Below, piece by piece: positions 27,754-44,284 of a stretch of DNA of 64,000 nucleotides. The translations under genes were made by a program, and so were the position numbers. The notes under the pieces were generated by a model, which saw nothing but the letters and a program-made list of their open reading frames with translations, did no database searches and had not been told where the DNA came from. This DNA is from Eledone cirrhosa (Eukaryota), in the NCBI GenBank assembly GCA_964016885.1, contig OZ024745.1:42036001-42100000 (forward strand), read 5' to 3'. Each line of letters starts with the position of its first letter. Positions within the stretch are counted from its first letter, which is position 1.

Positions 27754-27845
27754 GCGACCACATCGGTGGCGGCTACAGCCACGACCACATCGGTGGCGGC
27801 TACAGCCACGACCACACCGGTAGCAGCTACAGCAGCGACAACAGC
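27754..27845. repeat. 27-bp GC-rich minisatellite, about 3 copies
   Basis: cgaccacatcggtggcggctacagcca occurs twice, followed by a diverged third copy. Confidence 0.9.
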
Positions 27846-27934
27846 GGTTGGAACGGGAGAGTGGGCAGCCGACTGAGACACAGCTATTGTTGTAATTACT
27901 GTCATCAACTACCTAATTCCCACAACACACCTCC

Positions 27935-28025
<91 letters not shown>

Positions 28026-28034
28026 GTCTCTCTG

Positions 28035-28124
<90 letters not shown>

Positions 28125-28756
28125 CACACACACGCATATATATATATATGCAGAGAGACATAACAACAACAATAATAATAATAATAAAAATAGTAAATAA
28201 AAATTACAAAAAAAAAAATGATAACAACATCAATAACAAACGAAGTATGTGAAAAAAAAAAGTAAGGATTAAATCGACCAAGCAACCCAAAATAGGGGAT
28301 AAGTGATTTAGTGAAGAGAAAAGGGGAACTAACTACGCTTCCTTTAACTCTTTCGGCACGTGTCTCACCGATTATCAGACACACTTACTGTTATGGGATT
28401 GACCAGCGTAAACCGCAGGTTCCTTGTCTGACCATAGACGAGACACACCATCTTATACTGGTTGGAGTGGTTAGGGTGATGGTGATCATTTAGACCGTTG
28501 GCACCCTATGTTTTTGTTTCTTTTGTTTTATTTCAATGCTCTGAATTCGGTTATTGTATTTGTGTTTTGTTCCAGGTCGTTATTCGACAAAGCGAAATTA
28601 AGTAAAAAGATGGTGGCTAAATCTTTCCTATCTGGCGGATATCGTTTGTCATCATCGTTACACTAATTGGACGGCGACCGACATTCACATTCGTACGCTC
28701 GCACGCACACAGACGACATACACCGGCATACGCAAAGCACATACCCCAATACGTAC

Positions 28757-29205
<449 letters not shown>

Positions 29206-29529
29206 CTTCTGTCTCCCATTATCTATTTCTTTCTATGCTACTAAAACCTAATATTCGCCAACACACGAATACTACCAAACGTATACCAACAAGGTGCATA
29301 TGCTCACCATTGCATTGCCACTATCAGTCAGGCATTAACAGACATTACTAAATAGTCAAAGCCTTACAATTACACACACATACACACAAACATCTTTCTT
29401 CTTCCAATACAAAAACTCATTCATAAAGACGCTAAATCTCAGACGTGAACAACCAAACGTGCCTGCGCACACACACTGTTTCTCTCTCTGATAAAACAAC
29501 AACTCATTCATAAACACTTACGTATATGA

Positions 29530-30006
<477 letters not shown>

Positions 30007-31296
30007 CATAAACACTCACTTGTGTTCGTCGTTCTTACTCACACGTGTTTTCTTATTCTCACACTTCCATTCATACACACACAAGCACAAAGAGAGAGAG
30101 GGGGGCAAAGAGAGACAGAGAGGGAGGGGGCAAAGAGAGACAGAGAGAGACAGGCAGACGGAAAAGCAGCGAAAAAGACCCGTACAGCGAATAAGACACT
30201 TTATCACTTATTTACCTGAATCTCAATCACTTTCTCTAACTCGCATCCATGCCCCCCCCCCTCCTCACACACACACACATATGCACACACATCCATGCAC
30301 ACACACACACCGACCACATCACACGTCTATTGTTGCAATATGTTTGTGTTCAGTACGCCGCTACGGATCACTGAACATGTTACCGCCTAACTTTATCACC
30401 ATTTGTTCAGTTGTTATTTAGCCCACCTCCGCCTTGATAGAGCAGATCAGAAAAAGAAAAAACATACAGCCAAACCCCTGAATGAATTACTCATACACGC
30501 CATCAGCATGAAAAACAATAGTTACGTTACTGTTAATATATATAATATGGTGGGCGTAAAATGTCTGGTTAGACATAATTGTGCCCTGAAGAAAATACAT
30601 ATTTATTTATAGTAACTAGTATTGTTATATTTTAATCGTCTCAGTAAATACGGGTAAGAACTCCGGAGATCTTTAGATATTATTAGACCTCCTCAGCGAA
30701 CCATAGACTTTATTTGTCGAAGTATTGATGAAAACGTTCGCGAGTAGGCACGAAGAATCAACACGTTAAAAAGAATAAATTACTGAAGTTCCCTGCTCGT
30801 TGTCAACAACGTCACAGCCATGAATAACCCATCTTTGTTTTCCTTTTCTAAGATAGGTACCTTTGATTTGAGTGTTATTTGGCTGCTATTTCTAGTGGGT
30901 CAACCGAACATGTAAAGTACTTCCATTTATGATGAGTGTGTGTATTGACTAACATGTTACGTGCAAACGGCCACTTCACGTTGAAGCAAATTTGCGATCC
31001 GATTTTGATTCGCAGTCGAAACGCTACTAATTATGTAGGAAAATGCACGAATATCCATAACTGAATTATCTGACCTATGAATCAGAAGCAGCAAAAATAT
31101 TTATGTAATAGTCCTTATTGCCTATTATACTGACTTCTTCATTATTATATTAATACTGTGTGGTGCGTGGATCAACGTGATTACATCACAACTTGGAAAG
31201 CAAACTTCGGCGAGTGTTCAATCCTGTTTAAAGATTGGTTAGTTGATCAGCGACTACAACTTGAATACCAATAATGCATTAACTAACACCAACGAA

Positions 31297-31355
<59 letters not shown>

Positions 31356-31381
31356 ATCCTATTTCGATTCTGATCTTTTAT

Positions 31382-31476
31382 GTGCCTGATGAGCAAACCG
31401 ACACCAGAATCGGAGCGGCTTGTAGTTGATTAGGGGTCGAGCTGTTCATTTGCGATAAACGTGTTATTACGAATAA
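31382..31476 (+). ncRNA. Degenerate hammerhead-like motif in a short element between microsatellites
   Basis: CTGATGA 31386-31392, stem II closing GCAAA/TTTGC, GATA in place of GAAA, AATAAA shortly downstream. Confidence 0.4.
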
Positions 31477-31514
31477 AATATGTTAAACTGCAACTTCGCT
31501 CTCACTTACTTTAT

Positions 31515-31631
<117 letters not shown>

Positions 31632-31870
31632 TGATATATATATATGTGTGTGTGTGTGTGTATGACGGCGATGAATTTGTTTTGCGAGGTTTTTGAGATG
31701 AAATCGTGTGTCGAAACAAATATTGTTATACTTGGGGAGGGTCATATAGTTGTAATAATATTGCCAGAAATAATAACAGAACACACTCACTGTTTGGTTG
31801 GTTTTCGCTTCTGTATCTTTTATATCTCCACAGTCAATTCATTTGGTCCTCAATGTTTACCATTGACTGA

Positions 31871-31907
<37 letters not shown>

Positions 31908-33079
31908 CGAGGTGGGGAATACATATACAGACACAACGAAAAGAATCTATATAGAAAGAGGAATACTAATTGTCATCATATAATTATGATTAGTGAAATT
32001 AAAATATACTGGAAGCAATGGCCATTTTCTTCCAATTTTGAACATTAGGAATACGTTATCAGTGAGGAATGATATATCTCTCCCTACGATAATTGCATGT
32101 TAATATATGACTACTTTGAAAAAGTAATAATATCTATATTTTCTATATGACAACATACTTTTGTTAATGATAATTAACTATATGGTAGAGAAATATAGTT
32201 ATAAAGTCTATTTTATGATGCTTATAGATGTAACATGCTTTCCGATGACAATGGATATATCGTGTACAAGCAAATATCTTCTTATTGTTTACTTCTGCCG
32301 GAAGCTGTATGGGACAGAGCACCCTATCCAGGGATATATTGACCTTTCCGTTTTGCCTCATTAACTGTCGAATAAGCAAAATTAAATTTCAGATGAAAAC
32401 ATATCTTGGATCAGTCGTTACTCAGATCCGGAGCGTGTGACCTTATTGTTCCCTGATATTGTTATCCCTTGCCACATAAAGGCACTTGACACGATCATGG
32501 TAAAATCAGTAAGAGACGTTGCATTAATGAAAATAGTTGTGGTTGGAATAACTCATTGTTTTCACTGTTAATATTCTTTTGAAAGTTGACGTGTTCAGCA
32601 TTATATTTTAAAGGAATCGTTTTCAATGCGGTGGACTAGTAGCTGAGTTCAAAGACAACAATAGGCAGTACAGTGAAACATCTCTGTTGCGTAACCACAT
32701 TTCCTCAATTTGAAACACTGAAATGAAAATGAATTGATAAATGTCAGAGACATATTGCTTTATAAATAGACAACTTTGGTTGAAGAAGTAAAGATAGGGG
32801 AATAACTGCTCGGCTTTCTAAGACTTATTCAGTTATTGATTCTAACCTTTGTTCGCAACGATATTTATTGACCCAAATGGTGGTGGATTGATGACAATCG
32901 CTTGGTCAGGCGTTCTAACTTTCTAACCCACCCCTATCTGTTTGCTTCCCATCATACATATGCGCTTTGCAGCAAGCCTCAGTTATGATCACATGAAATG
33001 AACGGTTAGTGATTAATTCATCCCTCATCTTTCTTCCTCTCTCTTTCTGTCTCCCTCTCTCTTTTTCTTTTTCTATCCC

Positions 33080-33155
<76 letters not shown>

Positions 33156-33639
33156 ACACACCTACATATATATATGGACAAATATACACACTAACAGCAT
33201 TACACGCAAACACAATCAACCGACTGAAGGGAATAATGGCGTTACGAAGGCCAGTGACTTCCTTTTGTTCTGCAACATTTGACGACTGGTTTTAGAAACT
33301 AAAGATAACCATTAGTTTGAAGAGGTTCACTTTTAAAATTTTCTTCTTATCTTTACAAAACTAAAGATCATATATTATCGGGTATGTCGATACAATTACT
33401 ACGGTGGAAAATTTTCAATTATGGAAGAGAACAACAACATCGATTGTGGGGTCTAACAGATCCATTGATTCATTAAGAAACATATATTCAAACATCAACA
33501 AACACTTTTTTAAAAGTCCGGCATTTTATTACAAATTCTGAGAGAAACAAGTGAGACAATGCGTTATATTTCAATACAAATCGATATAATTGAGCTACTG
33601 ATCTGTGTTTGAAAACAAACCTAATGACTCATATATAAC

Positions 33640-33718
<79 letters not shown>

Positions 33719-34439
33719 AGAACAATACAAAAGATACATAAAGTAGTCTCTGGAAAATAGATAGAGTCTTACACGCTGCCTTTTTCACTACTACTACTAC
33801 TACTACTAGAATCAACTACGCCATTACTGATGCTGTCATCTCGACATGCATACACCGATTCATCCGTAGACTGACTTCTCAACCATTTCTTACATCCTAT
33901 CCCCCAACGCAGGCATACATAGAAACACACAAACTAACTCACTGATTGATAATGTATACATCTATATATATCTACCCATTATCATATGCTTACACAACAT
34001 GGCAATATAGTAAGCACAAATTAAGGAAACTCTAAACAAAAGATTTTTCAATATTTGCTAACCTTATCGGTCTCATACAAAAACTGGTTGTGTTATTCAA
34101 TAGATGCAAAATAATGCCGTTTAAAGTAGTAGCGAATTTAGCGTTATTCATGATAAATAAATTACTTTCCCTAATCAGGTTGTAAGATGGTTCTAAAATA
34201 CCATAGCTGGAAATTAAAGAGAAATATTAAGTCGGCTCCCTCTCTCCTGTTGTGGAGAAACGACCGACAACTTCAACAACAGATGTTCGTGCCATCCTAT
34301 CCCTGGTTGCTTAGCGTATTACACTTTCTTAGATTTGGACATCATGACTCAGACAGCCAGTAATATGCTTCATATAGCTTGGTTTCTGTCATCTTTGCTC
34401 ATGTTGTATGATCTACAGACAGTATTGCTGAATCAAATT

Positions 34440-35060
34440 TGCCTTACTTCTTCTAATAGAATGTCCAAAGATCGATGACAGCCGATAAACCACTAGGTTA
34501 ATTAACGGGAAGGTACTTGTTTGCTCGTTTACATATTGCTTGCTGATATGGTCTATTCTGCTGATGTTAAGTATGATTCTACTATCCTGGTGATGGTGTA
34601 CGACTCAGTCATGTAGAGGAGAAAATACAGGATTGATACTTTTTTTTAAAAGTGATTTTTAGTGAGATTCTGGCATTCAACTTCCAGATACTTTTCTGAT
34701 GACAAAGGTTTGTTCAAGATTTTTACCTCCTATATATCAAATCTGCCATGGTATCATTGACAAAAACACTAGATATTGAAGATAATTATCGATCTCAAGT
34801 GCTGTCCATTCTAGGGTTATATTGGCGTGGTTGGTATTTTTCACCATGGTTTTCGTTTTGTTTGTGTAAATTAACAGACCTACTTCTTTAACTGTAGAGG
34901 CCAGTGCATCAACATGCGCTTATTGCTTATTGCTTATTGCTTTTTTTTTTCATGATATCTTTTGGATTGTCTCTTATGTGTAAGAAAATCCAAGATCATC
35001 GATGTTGGCGTTTCTCATCACCCACTCAATCACAACAATGAAAAGTTACGGTACCAATAC
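34440..35060 (-). pseudogene. Highly decayed non-LTR reverse transcriptase fragment
   Basis: Manual minus-strand translation gives VDALASTVKEVGLLIYTNKTKTMV...ITLEWTALEIDNYLQYL (about 34900-34770), IILNISRIDHI and FGHSIRR, in the order expected for RT domains 6-7 and thumb. Confidence 0.65.
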
Positions 35061-35329
35061 ATCGCTAGTTTAACTTCAAATTTCTCGGTTATCTCACATC
35101 AATGACTGATGTTATTGTATTGGACTTTGATGGCTTTGGTTATGTCTTCTTAAAATCCACAAAAATGGCTACTAAATGAAGTTTATTAGCATAACAGCCT
35201 TTTAATATCTACCAGATTTACTCTGAGCTTCTTATCTAGTTTACATCTGAATTGACATAACCGTAAAATAATATTTAGTTATCGGGATGCAAGACAATAT
35301 AGCCAGTCGTGCAATTAGTATTTGTGGAC

Positions 35330-35662
35330 GTAGCTTGACCGAATGGTTAAGAGGTTTGCTTCGCATTTATTATGTCCTGGGTTCATTTTATTGTATAGCA
35401 TCTTAGGCAAGTGTCATTTAGCATATAGCCTTGAGCCGAGCTCTGCCTTGTTAGCGAAATTAGATAGCCCATCGGATCGACTGTACCTCTAATTCAAAGT
35501 GCCAGCATTTTAACACATTTTGTCACGCTGAATCTCCCCGAGAATTATATTAAGGGTACATGTGTCTATTGAATATTCATTCACTCACACGTTAATTTCA
35601 TCAGTAGGCTGTTTCATTGATCAAACAAATGCAACACGCATCGTCGAAACCGATAGAGGCCC
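35330..35662 (+). mobile_element. tRNA-derived SINE family B, decayed
   Basis: Head gaccgaatggttaagaggtttgcttcgca...ctgggttca; tail gtcacgctgaatctccccgagaattatattaagggtacatgtgtct is the reverse complement of the family B 3' domain. Confidence 0.7.
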
Positions 35663-38015
35663 ATCAGTTAAATATTTATCTCGGTTCAACCAAGAATTCT
35701 CAGAAACATGTGTCCAGTCAATATGGAAATAAGAAATAAAAACTGCAAGTGACGGCTAATAAGAAAATCTTATGTTTGACAGATATTTAAACCATAACTT
35801 GAACAAAGCAACTGCTTCAGAAATAGTAGAACCAGACGTAATCTTCAAATTGAAATTCTTATTAACGGATATAATTCAGCATCACGAAAACGCATAGACA
35901 TTTCCTGTTTTATAGAAAAATCAATACTATCCATGCCAACACTCTACTCAAGTGTACTTGATGTTGACACATAAAAAACTGTTTGGAAAAAAAGTAAAAT
36001 AAGACCTTTATTGGTATAAAATATTTCAAGAACTTTCTTTTCAGAATAGACAAAGGTGCACTGGTAAGGAAACAATTCTTCTGATTTAATGATCAAATTT
36101 CTAATGATAATGTATAATTATTTCTCCAGCCGCTAATAGAAAATGCCATGTTGATAAATACGCTCATTTACATATACTGATGTTGTTGTTGCTTACCCTT
36201 AGCTTAGCCTTCGGTTAGACCAATGGGTGTTCCAACGATGGTGATTTACTCATTTTTCAGACAGTGTCCCCCAGACTACGTTCTCCGATTTATTATAATT
36301 TTTTAAATCTTCTTCCAATCACATTGTTAAACTTTGATTCTAAGGAGCTCTTATTTCTCGCCTAAGACGCTTTCTGGTTAGTTCACCTCTTAAATTGTTG
36401 TAATTTGATTGATAAATATGACTGACACAAAAATGAACCAATTCTCTGGATGACAAATTTTGCTAAATCTTGCCTTTATAATAAACTAAACAACAATTTC
36501 ACCATATACTAATAATTTAAGTAGAATCTATTCTGAAATGACTGAAAATTGACATTCCGAACTATAGTGTCTAGACGTGTTTCATTTTTCAAACAATACT
36601 TCAAGTAATTTGTAAGAGACATTATCAATAGTGAATGATATATGAATAAAAACCACCAATTACGAGTTTGCTTTAATCATATAGAACATGCACACAGAAA
36701 AATGTTTGACTTGCTAATATGGAAAGTTTCTTTCTGAAAAACTACAAACATTTTTGGTGTGACTGCAAAGTTGCAGAGAAATGTGAGTCAGAATGCCAGA
36801 TCAAGCTACCCAAGTGTTATCTGTTAGACTTCTGACTGCTGTAGTCTCGGTCAGATATGGCTCTCTTTTCTAGATTAACAAAAGTTTAGTGAAGTAGTCA
36901 GATCGATCAATGAGGCAAATCTTAACTGTTCAATACGCCCCCAGGTGTCCGCATGATTTTTTTTTACGCAACTCATTGTTCATTGGTAGTAACCATCAGC
37001 AAATATAGAGTTCACTTTATATTGATAATAAATTAAACAGCTGAACTTGGAGTTACGACATTAACAGACATCTTATCTGAGAAACAGTTACTGTCTGGGA
37101 GATACAATAACATAAATAATGGATGAAGTAGAAAACAAAACTAAAGTTTAAATTGTTTTCGACTCAAGAAACATTAAAGATAGGAAAAATAATGCCGGTC
37201 AATTCCTTCAAAACTGGTGGGAGTGCATCCAGTCTCAGGAACGAGCCTCGTGAGAAGGTGTGACAGATTTCAGGGAGTGCCTCTGGCTGTTCCCAACGGC
37301 CATCTCTTCGACATTTCATCCGCGGGGTGCAGCTGATATATATCGCCTAGACTGGTGTACAGTCTCCAGCTCCTACATCTTTCCCTTACTTTGGATGTTT
37401 AATTTTTTTGTCTCTTCCGTTTTAGTCCTTTATTGCAAACATTATATAATTTAATTGAAATTTATTGAATAAATATGTCATTTCTGTTATGAAAATGTAA
37501 TAACTTTATTCTTTCTTAAATTTTTTCAACACAAAATATCAGTCTGGAAACAAAGTTTCTGCATCAACAAAAGTTTGGAAGAATGCCATCAACATCGTGA
37601 GATCGCTGAGCTATTGTATGTATACTTAAGTAACAAACAAATGATATAGATGATAAAAAGTTGAGGGAAAACTTAAGACGTAGTGTCAATAAATAATTAG
37701 CATTATATTTTAAAGACTATCTTTGTAAAATAAAACAGAAGGAAATCACTGTCAGGTACAATGCTAATATCCGGAAGTTCTTAGTTCAATCGGTACCGTA
37801 AAAACATATCTTCAGAATATATTGTATGTATGGACTCATAATGGTGTTATAAAGACGCCGTAGTGACATACACGTATTGGCTATTTTAAAACAAGCGAAG
37901 CCTATTCCTCTCCAGGTCTGAACACTGCATTGAGAGAGAGAGAGTGGGGAGAGAATGATAAGATGAAAGTAAGAAAAAGATATAGAGGAAGAATCAACCA
38001 TTGTACAAGACGGCC

Positions 38016-38153
38016 ATTTTTTTTTATCGACCTCGAATGAAAGAAAGGCAAAGTTACATCAGATGAATTTGAACTCAGAGTGCGCAAAGAGCCAGAAGGA
38101 ATACCGCAAAGCATTCTATCCGGCGTTCTAACGACACTGCCAATTCGCCACCT
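38016..38153 (-). mobile_element. SINE family A, older copy
   Basis: ttatcgacc...gaaaggcaaagtt...atttgaactcaga...ctgccaattcgccacc. Confidence 0.75.
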
Positions 38154-38796
38154 TCTCAACATATATTACCTGGTGAAAATCCTCATATAGTTTGTGAAAA
38201 TAATCTAAAATGACATTTGCAAACGAAATATCAATGGCAAACGAAATAAATAGATCAATACATGTCAGCTGAAGAGGAAACCTTTACGAAGTCACAAGCC
38301 ATGCCAAAAATAGTCACCAAATCCCTCACAAAACTCGTCCGTGAAACGTTATGCCAGAAATGCACAGGAATACTACGACAGAAATGTCTTTGATCATATA
38401 TCTGCTCCTCGATCAAAGCTGACATGAGCCAATCAATAACAACATCGATAAACGAAGACAAAGAGATCCCAAGCGAATCGATCATTCTAAAAATAAAATA
38501 GTAACTAAATACAAACACGATCATCTTGATATTATTAGAAATAATTATGAAAAGAAGGAAAAACATTCTACTGTAAACGTTAAATGGCCATTTGATGTGA
38601 ATGCACTGGAATATATAAGAAAACAAATTGATGACTTGGTCGTAAGTGGGTTTCTACGACAGACTCTCAAATATATGATTTGATTTATAGCAATGATTAT
38701 CGGATCAATCATCACTATATCAGACTTCGCAGAATATAAACATAATTTGGAGTGGTCAGAAAGATCAAAAACTGTATATTCCATAGATTCTAAACG

Positions 38797-39384
<588 letters not shown>

Positions 39385-39603
39385 ATGCGCATAAACGCAA
39401 TAACAGCGCGAACATTTGTTTATTTATCTTGAAATACCGTTGCCTTCGACCGAAGCTCTTGAAGGTCATGCCACAGTATGGCCACATTCCTATAACTTAA
39501 ATCGGTAAAAGAAAAATAAACACGCAGTCATCCTCTAATATAAATACATCCTTACACAGACACACACTAGCATGAGTGCATGTATACCCAACCTCAAAGG
39601 AAA

Positions 39604-40175
39604 ACATACATACATACATACATACATGCATGCATACATACATACATACATACATACATACATACATACATACATACATGCATGCATACATACATACATA
39701 CATACATACATACATACATACATACATACATACATACATACATACATACATACGTGCATACATACATACATACATACATACGTGCATACGTGCATACATA
39801 CATACATACATACATACATACATACATACATACATACATACGTGCATACATACATACATGCATACATACATACATACATACATACGTGCATACATACATA
39901 CATACATACATACATACATACATACATACATAGATACATATATACATGCATGCATACATACATACATACATACATACATACATACATACATACATACATA
40001 CATACATTTATACATACATACATACATACATACATACATACGTGCATACGTACATACATACATACATACATACATACATACATACATACATACATACATA
40101 CATACATACGTGCATACATACATACATACATACATACATACATACATACATACATACGTGCATACATACATACAT
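39604..40175. repeat. (CATA)n field with periodic CGTG/CATG variants
   Basis: Direct reading. Confidence 0.97.
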
Positions 40176-40221
40176 GAAATGGATTTCCGTCAGTTTCAAT
40201 GTTGACTAACGAACAATAACT

Positions 40222-40477
40222 TAAGTGGCTGAACATTCCACAGACATCTGTACCTTTAACATAATTCTATGTAGATTTAGTGTTTTACAGTGTGTGACAT
40301 GGTGGCTTCTTTTAATAATAGGTAGAGCCTATCCAATGGGCTTCAAAACAGTTTCACTCACAAGTCATGGGTCGACCCGAGACTATGATAAATGACACTT
40401 GCACAAAATTCTACGTACTGGGATCAAACTCTTGACCTACTGATTGTGATGCGAACTCCTAACCCGTTCGGCCATGC
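40222..40477 (-). mobile_element. SINE family B, decayed
   Basis: aagtggctgaacattccacagacatctgtacctttaac tail; head (reverse complement) gcatggccgaacgggttaggagttcgcatcaca...gagtttgatccc. Confidence 0.7.
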
Positions 40478-40496
40478 TGCGTCCAATACTTACAAC

Positions 40497-40824
40497 CATA
40501 CATACATGCACGCATGCATACATACATATATGCATACATATATACATATATACATATATACATAGATATATATATATACATATATACATAGTTATATACA
40601 TAGATATATACATACATACATTCATACATATATACATACATATATACATACATATATACATACATACATTCATATATAGACAGATACATACATAGATTCA
40701 CGCATACATACATATATGCACACATGCATACATACATGTATACATACATACATACATACATACATACGTACGTACGTACATAAATACATACATACGTACA
40801 TGCACGCATGCATACATACCTACC

Positions 40825-40855
<31 letters not shown>

Positions 40856-40956
40856 TTACATACATACATGCACACATGCATACATACATACCTACATACA
40901 TACATACATACATACCTACATACATACATACATACATACATACATACATTCATACA

Positions 40957-41019
<63 letters not shown>

Positions 41020-41105
41020 TTACATACATACATTCATACATACATACATACATACATACATACATACATACATACATACATACATACATACATACATACA
41101 TACGC
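40497..41105. repeat. (CATA)n degenerate field
   Basis: Direct reading. Confidence 0.95.
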
Positions 41106-41468
41106 ACATGGGTACATAATTCGTTTATGGAAGCAAGCCACCCGATTAATGAAGTAAGTGCGGCCATAGATGCGCACATTTAATCATACTTATATCTCCA
41201 ACATATGTTTCACCTATAAACAGTACGATAATTCGAAATGGAGCTTAACTATTAAGATAAATAATACAATTATCAGCGAGTATAGATTTAGAAATCCAAC
41301 ATCAAACTCTTGATTTCTATTCCAAGCTGACAGCTTTACATGATAACCAGAAGATTCGATAAATCTCCGCTATGGTTCTTTGCATCGAAGACAAATGACT
41401 TCAGGCCTGGCTGAATATGTGATAAGTGCTTGAAAGTGTCGAAATATGACAACGTCACCCGAGCAGCT

Positions 41469-41502
<34 letters not shown>

Positions 41503-41700
41503 CTGTGATGACAATATTGGTGTCGATAAAAGTGTTGAGGTGGTGTTATTGTTACACATGCAGCAGGAATTGATATCGATAATATCACGTTGAATAGATT
41601 TTCCGTAACACTGCATTAAAAAACAAAAGAAAGAAAAAATAAATAACAAGGAGAAATTAAAACGATACAATGCATGCAGACATACACGATAACACACAGG

Positions 41701-42412
<712 letters not shown>

Positions 42413-42414
<2 letters not shown>

Positions 42415-42560
42415 ATTGTTTCTACTTTTAGCACGAGGCCAGCAATTACCCAGTGCATTACTGGTACTTTATGTTATCGACCCCGTAAGGATGAAAGGCA
42501 AAGTTAACCTCGGCGCGATTTGAACTCAGAATGGCAAGGGCCGTAACTCGATACTGCCAA
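42413..42560 (-). mobile_element. SINE family A with internal deletion
   Basis: Matches the family A reverse complement; about 30 bp missing between ccgtaactc and gatactgccaa. Confidence 0.85.
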
Positions 42561-42573
42561 TATATATAATATA

Positions 42574-42629
<56 letters not shown>

Positions 42630-43319
42630 CATCTTGCACATATACACACGCTCACACAAACATATATTTAGACAGACATATATGTGGTTTTGTATAAATA
42701 TGCATGGATAGATATGCATATGTGTATATGTGTATATGTGTGTATGTGTGGGTGTGTGTGCTTGTGTGCGTATATGTGAGTGCGTATATATATATATATA
42801 TGTGTGTGTATGTATGCATTTATGCATATATCCTTGTATGGCTGCGTGTCTCCGATAAATTAAAACGGAAGGAAGTAGTATGCCAGAGTTACTGTTGCAA
42901 TCTCCACATGTCCTCCCGTCCAACTCTAATAACCATCCTCCTTCACTTTATATCTTTTATAATTTGAGAAGTGGCACGACAATAGACGGCGTGTTTTCTT
43001 TATTGTTGAGGTAAAACATGAGGTGATTTCACGACTGAATTCGATGCAAATAGCAAACCCGATTTTGATTTACTGACTAAGAGGAGGAAATCATTATTAT
43101 TCTGGAAGAGCGTGCAAGTGTGTAAGTAAAGTCGACGCCATATCCTACCCCACCCTACGGGGTTTAGGTTTAGAGATAAACTGTAAAACAATTTATAAGA
43201 AGATCAGCCAACTTAGAAAGACATAATCCACCAATATATATTTTTTCTTTGTTTGGATTTCTTTCTTTGTTTCTTTCCACCCGTCTTTCTTTCCATCGTT
43301 TTCAATTCATTTATTCCAT

Positions 43320-43437
43320 TTTCTTCTTCTTCTTCTTCTTCTTCTTCTTCTTCTTCTTCTTCTTCTTCTTCTTCTTCTTCTTCTTCTTCTTCTTCTTCTT
43401 CTTCTTCTTCTTCTTCTTCTTCTTCTTCTTCTTCTTC
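43320..43437. repeat. (TTC)n trinucleotide repeat
   Basis: Direct reading. Confidence 0.97.
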
Positions 43438-43754
43438 TCCTCCTTACCCGCTTTCTTTGATATATATTCAATACTTTCCTCTAACACAGTCTATATTTCA
43501 CTTACACATTAGTGTATACATTAGCATACACATACAAAACACTTACAGATATATGCCAATGTATATATACAAATTGCTCATACATACACATTCATAAAAT
43601 AAACACTTTCGCACACTTATACAAACAAACACACGAAGAATTCCTGCATTCTTATATATATAGTTACCTTTTGTGTATATTGATTCCTAACATTGGCACA
43701 AGGCTATTTATATATTGACACGTGCATATGAAAGATTACATTAGTAATAGTATA

Positions 43755-44092
43755 TACGAAATACTACATAAGAAATACAACCTATGGAGTACTACATTTG
43801 AAATATTATATATAAAATCATACATATGAAGCAGTATATATAAGAAACTAGATGTTAAATTCTACATGTTTAATATGTAGCCCAGTATCAATGTAAAATT
43901 TCAATGAATATTTACAGCATAATAGTAAGATAAAATCGAACTATCTTTTTACGAGGGCAATTATGTTTCCCGCTATAAACGATGAACTACACATGAAAGG
44001 CTACATATGAAATACTACACACGAAACAACATATGAGAGATAATATATGATACTACATATAAAAGACTATATATACAATACTATATATGATA
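43755..44092. repeat. Degenerate minisatellite, about 14-bp unit GAAATACTACATAT
   Basis: Repeated variants: gaaatactacataa, gagtactacattt, gaaaggctacatat, gaaatactacacac, gatactacatat. Confidence 0.65.
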
Positions 44093-44193
44093 AAGCCGGT
44101 ACAATATGGTAGATATATATAAGGGGAAAAGTTTGGTGCTATTTAAAAGCTGTAATTCAGCTATCCGATATAAGACGGTATAAGACGGTAAGA

Positions 44194-44284
44194 GTTGTCA
44201 CGACCCCTTGGCTTAATAATTTAAAACGCCTACCCGGTATCTGGGAGATATCGGGTTTGATTCCTCACTGCGGTCGATGACAAC
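44194..44284 (+). other. tRNA-like segment closed by an inverted stem
   Basis: gttgtca-cgacc ... ggtcg-a-tgacaac ends; internal A-box-like tggcttaat and B-box-like gggtttgattcc. Confidence 0.55.

Noticed and set aside
27754-27845. Short direct repeats as a CRISPR array (also 52977-53049)
   Set aside because: Head-to-tail repeats without unique spacers, in a eukaryotic context with no cas genes.
32200-32520. Minus-strand FHLKFNFAYSTVNEAKRKGQ, vaguely like a PIF1/Helitron helicase motif
   Set aside because: Too degenerate; neighbouring motifs not recoverable by eye.
35590-35610. Minus-strand CTGATGAAA
   Set aside because: A mutated part of the SINE family B tail (ctcatgaaattaa in other copies); no stems.
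36718-36834. Cys-rich short ORF (HFWCDCKV...) resembling an LRR C-terminal cap
   Set aside because: 38 aa, no clear splice context, weak resemblance.
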